A DNA stretch of 32,000 nt from Polynucleobacter necessarius (GTDB lineage: Bacteria; Pseudomonadota; Gammaproteobacteria; Burkholderiales; Burkholderiaceae), in the NCBI RefSeq assembly GCF_900095195.1, contig NZ_LT606950.1, positions 576,164 to 608,163 on the forward strand, in the 5' to 3' direction. Below, in pieces: positions 20,336 to 28,684 of this stretch. The first letter of the stretch is position 1. Each line of letters opens with the position of its first letter. The position numbers and the translations under genes were made by a program. The notes under the pieces were generated by a model that saw only the letters and a program-made list of their open reading frames with translations, ran no database searches and was not told where the DNA came from.

Positions 20336-21593
20336 GCCTACAAAACGAATTGCGGTTGCCCTGAGTGGTGGCCTCGATTCGGTTGTATTGTTAGATTCTG
20401 TTTGCAAGTCGCAAGCTCAAAAACATTCTGTTGAAATTATTGTTTTTCATATTCATCATGGTTTGCAAAAGCCCGTTGATGAATGGCTACTCTTTTGCGA
20501 ACAGCTTGCCAAAAAATATCGAGTGCCATTTGATTTTCGATTACTGCATTTGGATCATGAGCTGGGTAATGTTGAAGCTAGAGCGAGAGCGGGACGCTAT
20601 GAGGCCCTGGCAAGTCTTTGTGAAGATCATGGCGTAGACGATTTACTGTTGGCACATCACCAAAACGACCAAGCCGAGACGGTTCTTTTGCAACTCTTAC
20701 GTGGAGCGGGTGTAGCAGGCTTATCCGGCATGCCGGAGGTAAGAAGAATAGGGGGCTCCATAAAGCCAATTACCCTCTGGCGCCCGTTAATCAATCTCAG
20801 TAGAGCTAATCTTGAGGTTTACGCAAAAGAGCATCGTCTGAAGTGGATTGAGGATCCTAGTAACCAGGATAAAAAGTATCGACGCAATGCCATTCGCAAA
20901 GACATTCTTCCAAAGTTAGAAAAAATTCAGCCTCAAGCAATTGCTAATATGGCTCGTAGCGCTTCCTTACTCAGTGATGCGCAGAGTTTGTTGGATCGTT
21001 TGGCGATTCACGATGGGGTGGGCATTTTTTCTGAGGGATTACTCAATGTAAAGCCCTGGCTAGCCCTGGCGAAGTCAGATTTTCTTGCCGCAAACAACGT
21101 GCTGCGGTATTGGCTTAAGCAAAAACAATTGGCGATGCCATCGCAAGAGCGGTTGGATGCTTGGTATCGTGATTTGCAATCTGCGAAAGCGGATACTCAG
21201 CTGGAATGGGTCCACGATGAAAAGGCAATTCGTTTATGGCGGGGTCAATTGCAACTCGTGCCTCAAATAAACGGCCAGTGGGTACTTCAATCGGTGGCGA
21301 GCAACAGTAAGGGGCCTGGCTTGCCAGCAGACTGGGTCAAAAACGCGCAGAAGAGCGGGGCGGTCAGCCAAAAGGCCCGTTCAGGTGCAGAGAAATTGCA
21401 GATTAAATCGAAGGGACCCCGTAAAACCCTCAAGAATCTTTTTCAGGAGGCCGATATTCCTCCTTGGCAACGTCAGGCCCCGCTGCTTTACATTGAGGGC
21501 GAGTTGATCGCTGTTGCTGGCATTGGCGTCAGCTATCCGCATCTCGTTCATCAAGGGCCACGGGTTATGCCCGAATGGCAAGAGGGCTCTTAG
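20301..21593 (+). CDS. tilS: tRNA(Ile)-lysidine synthase
   Basis: 430 aa with the PP-loop SGGLDS. The only in-frame start overlaps the accA 3' end by 35 nt. Confidence 0.88.
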   Translation: MASSRKSPPNPKPTKRIAVALSGGLDSVVLLDSVCKSQAQKHSVEIIVFHIHHGLQKPVDEWLLFCEQLAKKYRVPFDFRLLHLDHELGNVEARARAGRYEALASLCEDHGVDDLLLAHHQNDQAETVLLQLLRGAGVAGLSGMPEVRRIGGSIKPITLWRPLINLSRANLEVYAKEHRLKWIEDPSNQDKKYRRNAIRKDILPKLEKIQPQAIANMARSASLLSDAQSLLDRLAIHDGVGIFSEGLLNVKPWLALAKSDFLAANNVLRYWLKQKQLAMPSQERLDAWYRDLQSAKADTQLEWVHDEKAIRLWRGQLQLVPQINGQWVLQSVASNSKGPGLPADWVKNAQKSGAVSQKARSGAEKLQIKSKGPRKTLKNLFQEADIPPWQRQAPLLYIEGELIAVAGIGVSYPHLVHQGPRVMPEWQEGS

Positions 21594-21684
21594 CGGGTTC
21601 AAACCCTGTAAAATAAACCATTTTTAGGCCTGTGGCTGAGTGGTAAGGCTTAAATCAACAAACCAATAGATTACAGACAGTTTT

Positions 21685-22935
21685 ATGGCCCTTATTGTTC
21701 ATAAATATGGTGGCACCTCAATGGGCTCAGTTGAGCGTATTGCGAATGTCGCTAAACGCGTTGCTAAGTGGATGCGTGCCGGTCACCAAGTGGTGGTGGT
21801 GCCATCGGCAATGTCAGGCGAAACTAACCGCTTATTGGGTTTGGCCAAGGAGATTAATCCCGATGCCAATCCTCGCGAGTTAGATCAAATTGCATCGACT
21901 GGTGAGCAGGTTAGCTCCGGTTTGCTTGCGTTGGCATTGATGCGTAAAGGTATTGATGCAGCGAGCTATGCTGGTTGGCAAGTAACTGTTCATACCGATT
22001 CATCATTTACAAAAGCGCGCATTAAGAGCATTGATGATCAAAAGATTTTGAAAGATTTGAACGCCGGACGTGCGGTAGTGGTGACAGGCTTTCAGGGAGT
22101 GGATCCGGAAGGAAACATCACTACCTTGGGTCGCGGTGGCTCCGATACCTCCGCTGTTGCGATGGCCGCAGCGCTGAAAGCGGATGAGTGCTTGATCTAC
22201 ACCGATGTCGATGGTGTGTACACCACTGACCCACGCGTTTGCGAAGATGCGCGTCGTTTGGACAAAATTACCTTTGAAGAAATGTTGGAGATGGCCAGCC
22301 TCGGTTCGAGGGTGTTGCAAATTCGTTCCGTTGAATTTGCGGGTAAATACAAAGTTAAAACCCGTGTTCTGTCATCCTTGACAGATCCGTTGATGCCTTT
22401 AGACCAAGAGATGAAGTCGGGCACCTTAATAACATTTGAAGAGGACAGCACTATGGAAGCCGCAGTTATTTCCGGCATCGCCTTTGCGCGCGATGAAGCG
22501 AAAATTACCGTACTCGGAGTGCCTGATCGCCCAGGCATTGCTTATCAAATTTTGGGCCCGATTGCCGATGCCAATATTGATGTGGACATCATCATTCAAA
22601 ACCAATCGGTTGATGGTAAGACTGACTTTACATTCACAGTGCCACGCGCTGACTATCAAAAGGCCTTGGATATTTTGAAAGGAACCGTACAAGCGCACAT
22701 CGAAGCAAAAGAGATTTCGGGTGATCCTAAAGTTTCTAAAGTTTCAGTGGTTGGTGTCGGCATGCGCTCACACGTTGGTATTGCCAGCAAAATGTTCCGC
22801 ACCTTATCGGAAGAGGGTATCAATATTTTGATGATCTCCACGAGCGAAATCAAAATATCTGTCGTGATTGATGAGAAGTACATGGAATTGGCGGTACGAG
22901 CTTTGCACAAGGCATTTGAGTTAGACCAAAAATAG
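21685..22935 (+). CDS. lysC: aspartate kinase
   Basis: 416 aa with IVHKYGGTSMGS at the N-terminus, the kinase core, and two C-terminal ACT domains. Confidence 0.95.
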   Translation: MALIVHKYGGTSMGSVERIANVAKRVAKWMRAGHQVVVVPSAMSGETNRLLGLAKEINPDANPRELDQIASTGEQVSSGLLALALMRKGIDAASYAGWQVTVHTDSSFTKARIKSIDDQKILKDLNAGRAVVVTGFQGVDPEGNITTLGRGGSDTSAVAMAAALKADECLIYTDVDGVYTTDPRVCEDARRLDKITFEEMLEMASLGSRVLQIRSVEFAGKYKVKTRVLSSLTDPLMPLDQEMKSGTLITFEEDSTMEAAVISGIAFARDEAKITVLGVPDRPGIAYQILGPIADANIDVDIIIQNQSVDGKTDFTFTVPRADYQKALDILKGTVQAHIEAKEISGDPKVSKVSVVGVGMRSHVGIASKMFRTLSEEGINILMISTSEIKISVVIDEKYMELAVRALHKAFELDQK

Positions 22936-23011
22936 TTCAATTGCCCAGTCAAAAACCCTGCAGAGGCGGTTATCCGTTAAACTGTGGGGCGCAGTTAGGT
23001 AGCAAAAGTAC

Positions 23012-23106
23012 GGAGACGTGGCCGAGCTGGTCGAAGGCACTCCCCTGCTAAGGGAGCATCGGGGCTAAAACTCTGATCGGAGGTTCGAATCCTCTCGTCT
23101 CCGCCA
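23012..23106 (+). tRNA. tRNA-Ser (anticodon GCU), class II with a long variable arm, CCA encoded
   Basis: I folded it by hand. Acceptor GGAGACG/CGTCTCC; 3-bp D stem GCC/GGC; anticodon stem CTCCC/GGGAG with loop CTGCTAA; 7-bp variable arm; T arm GGAGG-TTCGAAT-CCTCT; discriminator G followed by CCA. Confidence 0.93.
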
Positions 23107-23121
23107 GTACTTTTTGACAAA

Positions 23122-23155
23122 AACTCAGCTTTTTTCATGAAAAGTTGGGTTTTTT
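23122..23155 (+). terminator. rho-independent terminator after tRNA-Ser
   Basis: A 12-bp stem (AACTCAGCTTTT / AAAAGTTGGGTT, including 2 G-U pairs) with a 6-nt loop, followed by TTTT. Confidence 0.55.
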
Positions 23156-23260
23156 GTTGCCCGTATAAATCTATAAGCTATTGAATTTAAACAGAAAAAT
23201 TTTCTATTGAAATTTATTTGTTGCTTAGCAATAAATAATTGTTGCAATACAGCATAAACT

Positions 23261-23892
23261 TTGAAACAATGGTGCATCGCAACAAAAAATGTAACCCAAT
23301 TTCATAAAGGATTAATCATATTTCAAGCTCAATTAAACGATCAAATCGCTCAAGCTAAAGCTAAAGCTGTTGAGAACGCTAAACATTTGGCGCAAGTAGC
23401 TGTTGAAAGTGCTCAAGAATTAGCAGAACTCAACCAAGCTGCTGCTAAAGATGCATTGGCTGCTGCACAAGATGCAAGCTCACAATTGTTGGCAATCAAG
23501 GATCCACAACAATTGGCTAAATTGGCTCAGCCAGAAGCTGCTCAAGAAGCTGCTAAGTATGCTGCTGCTACCAAGCTAAAGTAAACAAAGTTGTTCGTAA
23601 CGGTAACAAAGAAGTTACTCAAGTTGTAGACGCTTCTATTGATGACGCTCGTGATGACTTAGTTAAGTTTGTTAAGGAAGCTACTAAGTCTGCTCCTGCT
23701 GGTTCTGAGGCATTTGTACCTGCATTCAAAACTGCATTCGAAGCTTCTCTCCAACAGTTTGACCAAGTTCGTGCAACTGCAACTGATGCATTTGCAACTT
23801 TTGAAAAGAATGTTGATTCTGCTTTGGCAAACCTTCAAGGTCAATACGCTGTTGCTAGGCCAGCTGCTAAGAGCCGTAAAGCTGCCGATTAA
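23261..23892 (+). pseudogene. phaP: phasin (PHA granule-associated protein), frameshifted
   Basis: The N-terminal half is in the track ORF 23261..23584 (FQAQLNDQIAQAKAKAVENAKHLAQVAVESAQELAELNQAAAKDAL...). The C-terminal half YQAKVNKVVRNGNKEVTQVVDASIDDARDDLVKFVKEATKSAPAGSEAF...AKSRKAAD* reads from 23569 in the +2 frame to 23892. The join lies inside the (GCT)3 run at 23561-23569. Confidence 0.8.
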
Positions 23893-23910
23893 TACACAGT
23901 AATTGCTTCA

Positions 23911-23940
23911 AAAAAAACCGCCTTCGGGCGGTTTTTTATT
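23911..23940. terminator. bidirectional rho-independent terminator between phasin and the convergent lipoprotein gene
   Basis: AAAAAAAACCGCC-TTCG-GGCGGTTTTTT. Confidence 0.75.
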
Positions 23941-23986
23941 TCACTCTCGTAAAGAGCTCCCCCAATCCAGGGGGACTAGGCGTGGA

Positions 23987-24521
23987 TTAATAGTTCTTGC
24001 CATCCACTGCTTTGAGATAGCCCTTAATGTACTGGGGCGGCACATAAACTACAGTGCTAATTCCAGCTTTTGATGAGATTTTTAACTGAAATCCATCATT
24101 CAAATTCTGTTTCAAAAACGCATCCGTTAAATTCACTGATACCAATTCCTTAAACATACAGCCTTTGGCTTCGCATAGGCCGGCTTCTTTGGGGATGACT
24201 TTTAATGTAGTTGCGGGGCCATTGAGAAGAGAGGCCGAATCGTAGTTGCGCATTTGATTGAAATAGGTCAAATGAATCTGCAATTCGTTAGTGCCTTGGG
24301 CAGATAGATCGCTTCGTAGATTAAACATCTCATAGGTATTGGCTTCACCATCGTGTTGATCGAAGGCCCGACATAGGTCTTTCCGCCAGCGCTATTCGGG
24401 GTCGCGGTAGTGGATTGATAGACGTCGTTTACTTCCCATGAACTAATTTTCTATCGTTATTAGCACAGCCGGTGATGACTATGGCAAAAGCGGCGGCAAG
24501 TAATAGTGCAATACGGAGCAT
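23987..24521 (-). pseudogene. lipoprotein of unknown function, two frameshifts
   Basis: A GGAG Shine-Dalgarno precedes ATG 24521, which encodes MLRIALLLAAAFAIVITGC (lipobox) ANNDRK.. and stops at 24429-24431. The second frame reads SSWEVNDVYQSTTATPNSAGGKTYVGPS. The third frame reads FDQHDGEANTYEMFNLRSDLS... and equals track ORF 23987..24328. Confidence 0.6.
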
Positions 24522-24560
24522 AGTTGGCTCCTTAGTTAGCAAAATAATACTATCGTCCCG

Positions 24561-24598
24561 AATCCAGACCGTTTTTTTCTCAATCCCAGGCCGTTTTT
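24561..24598. repeat. imperfect direct repeat in the divergent intergenic region
   Basis: AATCCAGACCGTTTTT (24561-) and AATCCCAGGCCGTTTTT (24582-) are spaced 21 nt start to start. An 8-bp inverted repeat follows: CCCCAAGC 24613-24620 and GCTTGGGG 24636-24643. Confidence 0.4.
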
Positions 24599-24686
24599 CA
24601 TCTACCTGTTTCCCCCAAGCATTTTCTGAGTCGAGGCTTGGGGTTTGTCATAATGTAATTTATGAAGTACTGAACCGGGAGATGAA

Positions 24687-24866
24687 ATGAAGCGACAAAT
24701 ACCGAAAACACATCAGGCCTTGGAGTGGATAGGGAAGGGCCTGAGCGCAGCTCAAGCCGCTAGAAAGATGCAAATTTCAGAATCCAGCGTATACGCCGCT
24801 CTCCGCAAAACGAGAGCAAAGGATTTGGAGTGTTGTCCAACTTGTGGTTACAAAATAAGGAACTAA
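24687..24866 (+). CDS. small helix-turn-helix protein (59 aa), not in the ORF track
   Basis: ATG 24687 is preceded by GGGAGA. The translation is MKRQIPKTHQALEWIGKGLSAAQAARKMQISESSVYAALRKTRAKDLECCPTCGYKIRN, with an HTH-like GLSAAQAARKMQISESSVYAAL and a single C-terminal CxxC. The stop lies 2 nt before the next ORF. Confidence 0.45.
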   Translation: MKRQIPKTHQALEWIGKGLSAAQAARKMQISESSVYAALRKTRAKDLECCPTCGYKIRN

Positions 24867-24868
24867 AA

Positions 24869-25165
24869 ATGAAAAAGACTCTATTAGCAACCGTCACAAT
24901 TTCTGTAGCCGCATTCGCTTATGCAAGCACATCCTCTGATTCATCTGCACTTGTTAGCCAGCAATGTAAACTTTCCGCTGAAGCAGCATCTACCTTAAAG
25001 AGTTTGCAGTATGGCAATACGTCGATACGCAAGGACGTCTCCAGTTTGATTGATCGCCACTTAAAAACTCAAGAAAATCGAGATATTGCGCATAAGAAGC
25101 TGAATCTGATGGTTGATGACAAATCTTCTGATGCTCGCACCCTAGAGATGAAGTACTGCTCCTAA
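24869..25165 (+). CDS. small secreted protein of unknown function (98 aa)
   Basis: An AAGGA Shine-Dalgarno precedes ATG 24869. The signal peptide is MKKTLLATVTISVAAFAYA/STSS. The mature protein has two Cys residues and I recognise no family. Confidence 0.5.
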   Translation: MKKTLLATVTISVAAFAYASTSSDSSALVSQQCKLSAEAASTLKSLQYGNTSIRKDVSSLIDRHLKTQENRDIAHKKLNLMVDDKSSDARTLEMKYCS

Positions 25166-25193
25166 TTGAGCAGCATTCTGCATAGTCAGCTCT

Positions 25194-25654
25194 TTGATTC
25201 AAATAGCAGAATGTCCAGAATGCGGTAATCCACGTGGATTATTTGACGATTGTCCGCACTGTGGATCATTATCCCTCCGCATGTGATATCGGATACTGTT
25301 GAGCTCAATATCAAGCGCGGTAATCTTTCAGTCGAGGAGGCTCTTGACAACCTGGCGGCCAAGATTCGTGAGCTGCAAGAGTTGGGTATCAAGACTATCG
25401 TGTTGATTCATGGGTATGGGTCATCCGGAAAGGGTGGTCATATTAAGAGGGCGGTCCATGATGCACTGGAAAATAATTGCTATGCAGATCGCGTTGAAGA
25501 GTATTGCTTCGGAGAGATGGTTCCCTATGCTAGCCCCGTATACCAATCGCTTATTAAGCAACGCCCGGGCTTGAAACAGTTTTTAAGGCACTTTAAGGCT
25601 GCTAATGCAGGAATGACGGTTCTACTCCTTGGTTCGGCACCTAGGAGTGCTTAG
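25194..25654 (+). pseudogene. Zn-ribbon + Smr-like domain protein, apparently split by one frameshift (alternatively two separate ORFs)
   Basis: The frame from TTG 25194 reads IQIAECPECGNPRGLFDDCPHCGSLSLRM* and stops at 25284-25286. Track ORF 25250..25654, in another frame, carries an Smr-like core (VELNIKRGNLSVEEALDNLAAKIRELQELGIKTIVLIHGYGSSGKGGHIKRAVHDAL...NAGMTVLLL). The join would fall between 25263 and 25286. Confidence 0.5.
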
Positions 25655-25686
25655 AATAGAGTGAATAAAGGATTCGTGGAGCATTT

Positions 25687-26028
25687 ATGAGTGCAAAAAA
25701 ATCAGATCACCAAGTCGACCGGGAAGCGGTATCCGCTAGCGCCGATCAACTCATTGGTGAATTCAAAAACCTGATGGTGGATGCTGAGGCTTTAATTAAA
25801 GTCACCGAGGATCATCCGAGTGAAACAATTAGCTCCATTCGCAATAAGGCACTTGACACTATTGCTGGTGCAAAAGCCAGTCTCTCAAGATTAGAAGGAT
25901 CGCTGACAGATAAGGCGAAGGCAGTAGCTTTGGGGGCAGATGATTTTGTTCACCGAAATCCCTGGGAGGCTGTCGGAGTGGCTGCTGGATTGGGCTTGCT
26001 GATTGGCTTATTTATACGTCGTCGCTAG
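25687..26028 (+). CDS. yqjD: ElaB/YqjD/DUF883 family membrane-anchored ribosome-binding protein
   Basis: 113 aa with a helical N-terminus, the motif FVHRNPWEAVGVAAGLGLLIGLFIRRR, and a C-terminal transmembrane anchor. Confidence 0.85.
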   Translation: MSAKKSDHQVDREAVSASADQLIGEFKNLMVDAEALIKVTEDHPSETISSIRNKALDTIAGAKASLSRLEGSLTDKAKAVALGADDFVHRNPWEAVGVAAGLGLLIGLFIRRR

Positions 26029-26034
26029 GCCCAT

Positions 26035-26400
26035 ATGTCTCAAGAAAACTTCCTTGCTTCCATTAAAAGCCTGGCCTCTACTGGAGCATCTATAGCGCAG
26101 ACGCGGTTAGAGCTTTTATCGGTAGATGTTCAGATTGCCAGAAATAAATTCATTAGCCTGTTGGTCTTAATTGTTTGCGCCTTGTTCTTTTTATTCTTTG
26201 GCTTAGTGATGCTGGCCTTGCTGATTGTGATCTATAGCTGGGAATCCGACAAAATGTTGGCATTAAGCTTGCTGACAGGGGCTTTCATTGGGGTTGGGCT
26301 CATCCTTGCGCTCCTGATTAGACAATCTCTCAACAATATGCCGAAGTTATTTGAAGCATCGATTGCTGAATTAGCCAAGGACCAACAAGATATCACTTAA
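26035..26400 (+). CDS. yqjE: YqjE-like inner membrane protein (DUF1469 / putative holin-like family)
   Basis: 121 aa with two transmembrane helices, located directly after the yqjD homologue as in the E. coli yqjD-yqjE-yqjK operon. Confidence 0.7.
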   Translation: MSQENFLASIKSLASTGASIAQTRLELLSVDVQIARNKFISLLVLIVCALFFLFFGLVMLALLIVIYSWESDKMLALSLLTGAFIGVGLILALLIRQSLNNMPKLFEASIAELAKDQQDIT

Positions 26401-26681
26401 TGGGTAGCACTTTAAATACTCTAGAGACGCGTCGGCAAGCGTTGCAAGAGCGTTCTGTTTTGGAGCGACGTGAGTTTGCTAAACACTTTAAGCCCTGGGA
26501 AAAGCGGCTCTCATGGGCGGCCAAGGGCGTTGATGCCTTCCCCTTTCTAAAAAATAATCCATTGCTCTGGACTAGTGCGTTTGCCACCTTGGCGCACTAT
26601 AAGCCAAAGCTAGCTAGAAAGTTGTTGGCAGTAGGTTGGGGTGGATTGAAGATCTTTAGAAGTATTAAAAAGATCGTTTAG
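26400..26681 (+). CDS. yqjK: YqjK-like protein
   Basis: 93 aa. The start overlaps the yqjE stop (TAATG). It has a charged coiled N-terminus followed by a hydrophobic segment, and it is the third gene of the conserved operon. Confidence 0.55.
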   Translation: MGSTLNTLETRRQALQERSVLERREFAKHFKPWEKRLSWAAKGVDAFPFLKNNPLLWTSAFATLAHYKPKLARKLLAVGWGGLKIFRSIKKIV

Positions 26682-26687
26682 ATTTCC

Positions 26688-27145
26688 TTACTGCTCAGCC
26701 TCGTACCAAACTTGGGTTCTACCAAGAAAGTGGTACGCCGATATACCCACGAACATCCATCTTCTTGTCATCTTCGGTACTGATTTTGACTTTGTAGTAT
26801 TCACCCTCTTTGGGATCTAGAATTTTTCCGCCTGACCATCCCCCAGGTTTATCTTGTTTTAAGCCACTCATGATTTTTAGGCCAATAATCGGCTTATCTT
26901 TGAGCTCGTCTTTGCAGAGATTGCAATTGACTAAAAGCGTTTCATTGGGACGCGGGAATGTCTTAATGATGGTACCTTCTAGGCTACCATTAACCTCATC
27001 AATCTTGATGAGTGATGCTGGTTGATTGGTTTTGTCATCAATCGTTTTCCATACGCCAATTGCGGGGTCAGTGGTCTGCGCTAATGCTATTTAGCAGACA
27101 GGATGGCGATAACTTTAGAACGATTAAAAACCATTTATTTGACAT
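26688..27145 (-). pseudogene. DUF2147 family periplasmic protein, three single-nt frameshifts
   Basis: A GGAG Shine-Dalgarno precedes ATG 27145. The frames read MSNKWFLIVLK | VIAILSAK | IALAQTTDPAIGVWKTIDDKTNQPASLIKIDEVNGSLEGTII...CNLCKDELKDKPIIGLKIM...WSGGKILDPKEGEYYKVKIS...MDVRGYIGVP | FLGRTQVWYEAEQ*. The joins are at ~27114-27116, ~27090-27092 and ~26728-26737. Confidence 0.75.
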
Positions 27146-27176
27146 CTCAGCTCCTTATTAATAAAGATGGATTTCC

Positions 27177-27285
27177 TTAACAGGCAGCAAAAATACCGGT
27201 AGCACCCATTCCCGTACCAACGCACATCGTCACCATGGCATGCTTTAAATTTTTCCGCTTCATCGCATGAATCGCGGTTGCTGCA
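27177..27285 (-). pseudogene. thiolase (acetyl-CoA acyltransferase) C-terminal remnant, ~35 codons, fused in frame to the fadB-like remnant
   Basis: The tail of track ORF 27177..27443 reads ...TAIHAMKRKNLKHAMVTMCVGTGMGATGIFAAC*, which is the thiolase C-terminal CxGxGxG signature. The rest of the thiolase gene is absent. Confidence 0.6.
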
Positions 27286-28684
27286 CGAATGGCCGCTTCT
27301 TTCAGACCACCACCCGCTGGCAGAAGGCCGACACCCACCTCGACTAAGCCGATGTAACTTTCGATTGCCGCGACGCGCCGAGCCGACTGCATGACCAACT
27401 CACAACCACCACCAAGAGCGATGCCGGATACCGCGCACACCACCGGGGACTTTGGAGTATTTCACACGCATCATGGTGTCTTGAAACAACTTTACAAATG
27501 GTTCGACACCAGCAGGTCCGCCTTTCATCACCATGGGCAGGCCAGTTTCGAGATTTGCTCCGAAGAGAAGGGGCCGCCGGGAGTGCCAAGTTTTAGGGAG
27601 GTAGGTTGCCAAATGACTAAGCCAGAATAGTCTGCTTCAGCCAATTCAATCGCTTTTTGAATACCGTTAAAACGTCTGGGCTGATCGTATTCATTTTGGA
27701 TTTAAACGAAGCGATTAATACCCCTGGCTCATTGGGGTCAACCCATGCGCGTAGATCAGCATTTTCGTAAATCGTTGTGCCAGCCGTTCTTGGGTCTGGT
27801 GAGCCATCTCCAAGAAGAGGGGCTCGAAAAACCTGTTTTTGGTAGACGGGAAGGGTGGATCGCTGGATGAATCGATTTTGTGCAGCTGACCAAGAACCTT
27901 CTGGTGTGTGGAAGGCTTGCTTCTCCGCCACAGGCCCATTAAAGATCCAATGCGGTAGCGGTTCTTTGCTGAGGGTTTTGCCGGAATCAATGTCCTCTTT
28001 AATCCAATTGGCTACTTGAGTAACGCCAGCTGCTTGCCAATCTTCGAACGGACCCTTATCCCAGCCGTATCCCCAGCGCATAGCAAAGTCGATTTCGCGT
28101 GCGGAGTCAGCGATGCTTGCTAAATGAATGGCGCAGTAGTGGAAGATGTCGCGGTAGATAGACCACAAAAATTGCGCTTGAGGATGATCAGTTTCTCTGA
28201 GTAATCCCAATCTCTCTGCTACCGGCTTTTTTAAGATTCATTCTACAATCGGATCAACTGTGGCGGTGGAGGGCTTATATTCACCGTTCGCAGGATCAAG
28301 AACCATGACCGCTTTGCCGTCTTTACGATAAAAACCGGCTTTTGTCTTTTGACCTAACGCACCTTTTTCAATCAGCTTTGCAACGACATCAGGAACCTTA
28401 AATAGACTCGAAAATGAATCGCTCTGTAGGGAGTTCTCCATGGTTTTAATGACGTGCGCCATGGTGTCTAGTCCAACGACATCGCTGGTTCGAAACGTTG
28501 CCGATTTAGGGCGACCCAGTTTGCTACCGGTAATAGCATCTGCCCAAACCAAATTTTTGCGCTTGCGCAAATACTGCCAAGATAGAGAAAACGCCAACAC
28601 GGTTGCTGACAAAGTTGGGCGTATCTTCTGCGCGAACAACACCCTTATAAAGGTTTCGAGTGCATCCAGCACCTCTGGATCAGA
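27286..28684 (-). pseudogene. 3-hydroxyacyl-CoA dehydrogenase / enoyl-CoA hydratase (FadB-like, dehydrogenase-first architecture) remnant
   Basis: The pieces, in order on the minus strand, are listed here. DPEVLDALETFI | KGVVRAEDTPNFVSNRVGVFSILAVFAQAQKFGLG | ADAITGSKLGRPKSATFRTSDVVGLDTM...DPIVE. An in-frame TGA sits at 28238-28240. Then ILKKPVAERLGLLRETDHPQAQFLW...AMRWGYGWDKGPFEDWQ...ISPDVL | GIQKAIELAEADYSGLVIWQPT...GGPF | GANLETGLPMVMKGGPAGVEPFVKLFQDTMMRVKYSKVP | VVCAVSGIALGGGCELVMQ...GLLPAGGGLKEAAIRAA. The N-terminal NAD-binding domain and the C-terminal ~100 aa are missing. Confidence 0.8.

Noticed and set aside
21594-21684. Leader of lysC as a lysine riboswitch
   Set aside because: Only ~90 nt are available, and I could not find the helices or conserved cores of an L-box. 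This is too short and unsupported.
10677-23245. Shared 11-mer ATAATTGTTGC upstream of the small lipoprotein gene (10677-10687) and upstream of phasin (23235-23245) as a common regulatory site
   Set aside because: A single shared 11-mer is expected many times by chance among all position pairs in 32 kb on both strands. There is no further support.
15868-23892. Programmed ribosomal frameshifting in ppiB, trmJ or phasin
   Set aside because: There is no slippery heptamer with a downstream structure. These families are not known to use recoding, and multiple independent breaks per gene fit decay better.
23012-25700. Possible genomic island integrated at tRNA-Ser
   Set aside because: There is no integrase, transposase or phage gene. 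I found no direct repeat of the tRNA 3' end downstream (only a 7-mer CGAATCC at ~24558, which is chance level). Phasin and the lipoprotein next to the tRNA look like ordinary chromosomal genes.
24472-27025. Track ORFs 24472..24690, 26810..27025 and 28440..28694 as real genes in otherwise ORF-poor stretches
   Set aside because: Each is antisense to a recognisable pseudogene (lipoprotein, DUF2147, fadB-like). They appear as the longest ORFs only because the true coding strand is broken by frameshifts.
8204-28240. In-frame TGA codons (8204-8206 and 28238-28240) as evidence for TGA recoding (Trp or Sec)
   Set aside because: TGA is clearly used as a normal stop by intact genes in the same window (e.g. 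dapA at 9237-9239). No SECIS-like context is evident, and both genes carry additional frameshifts.
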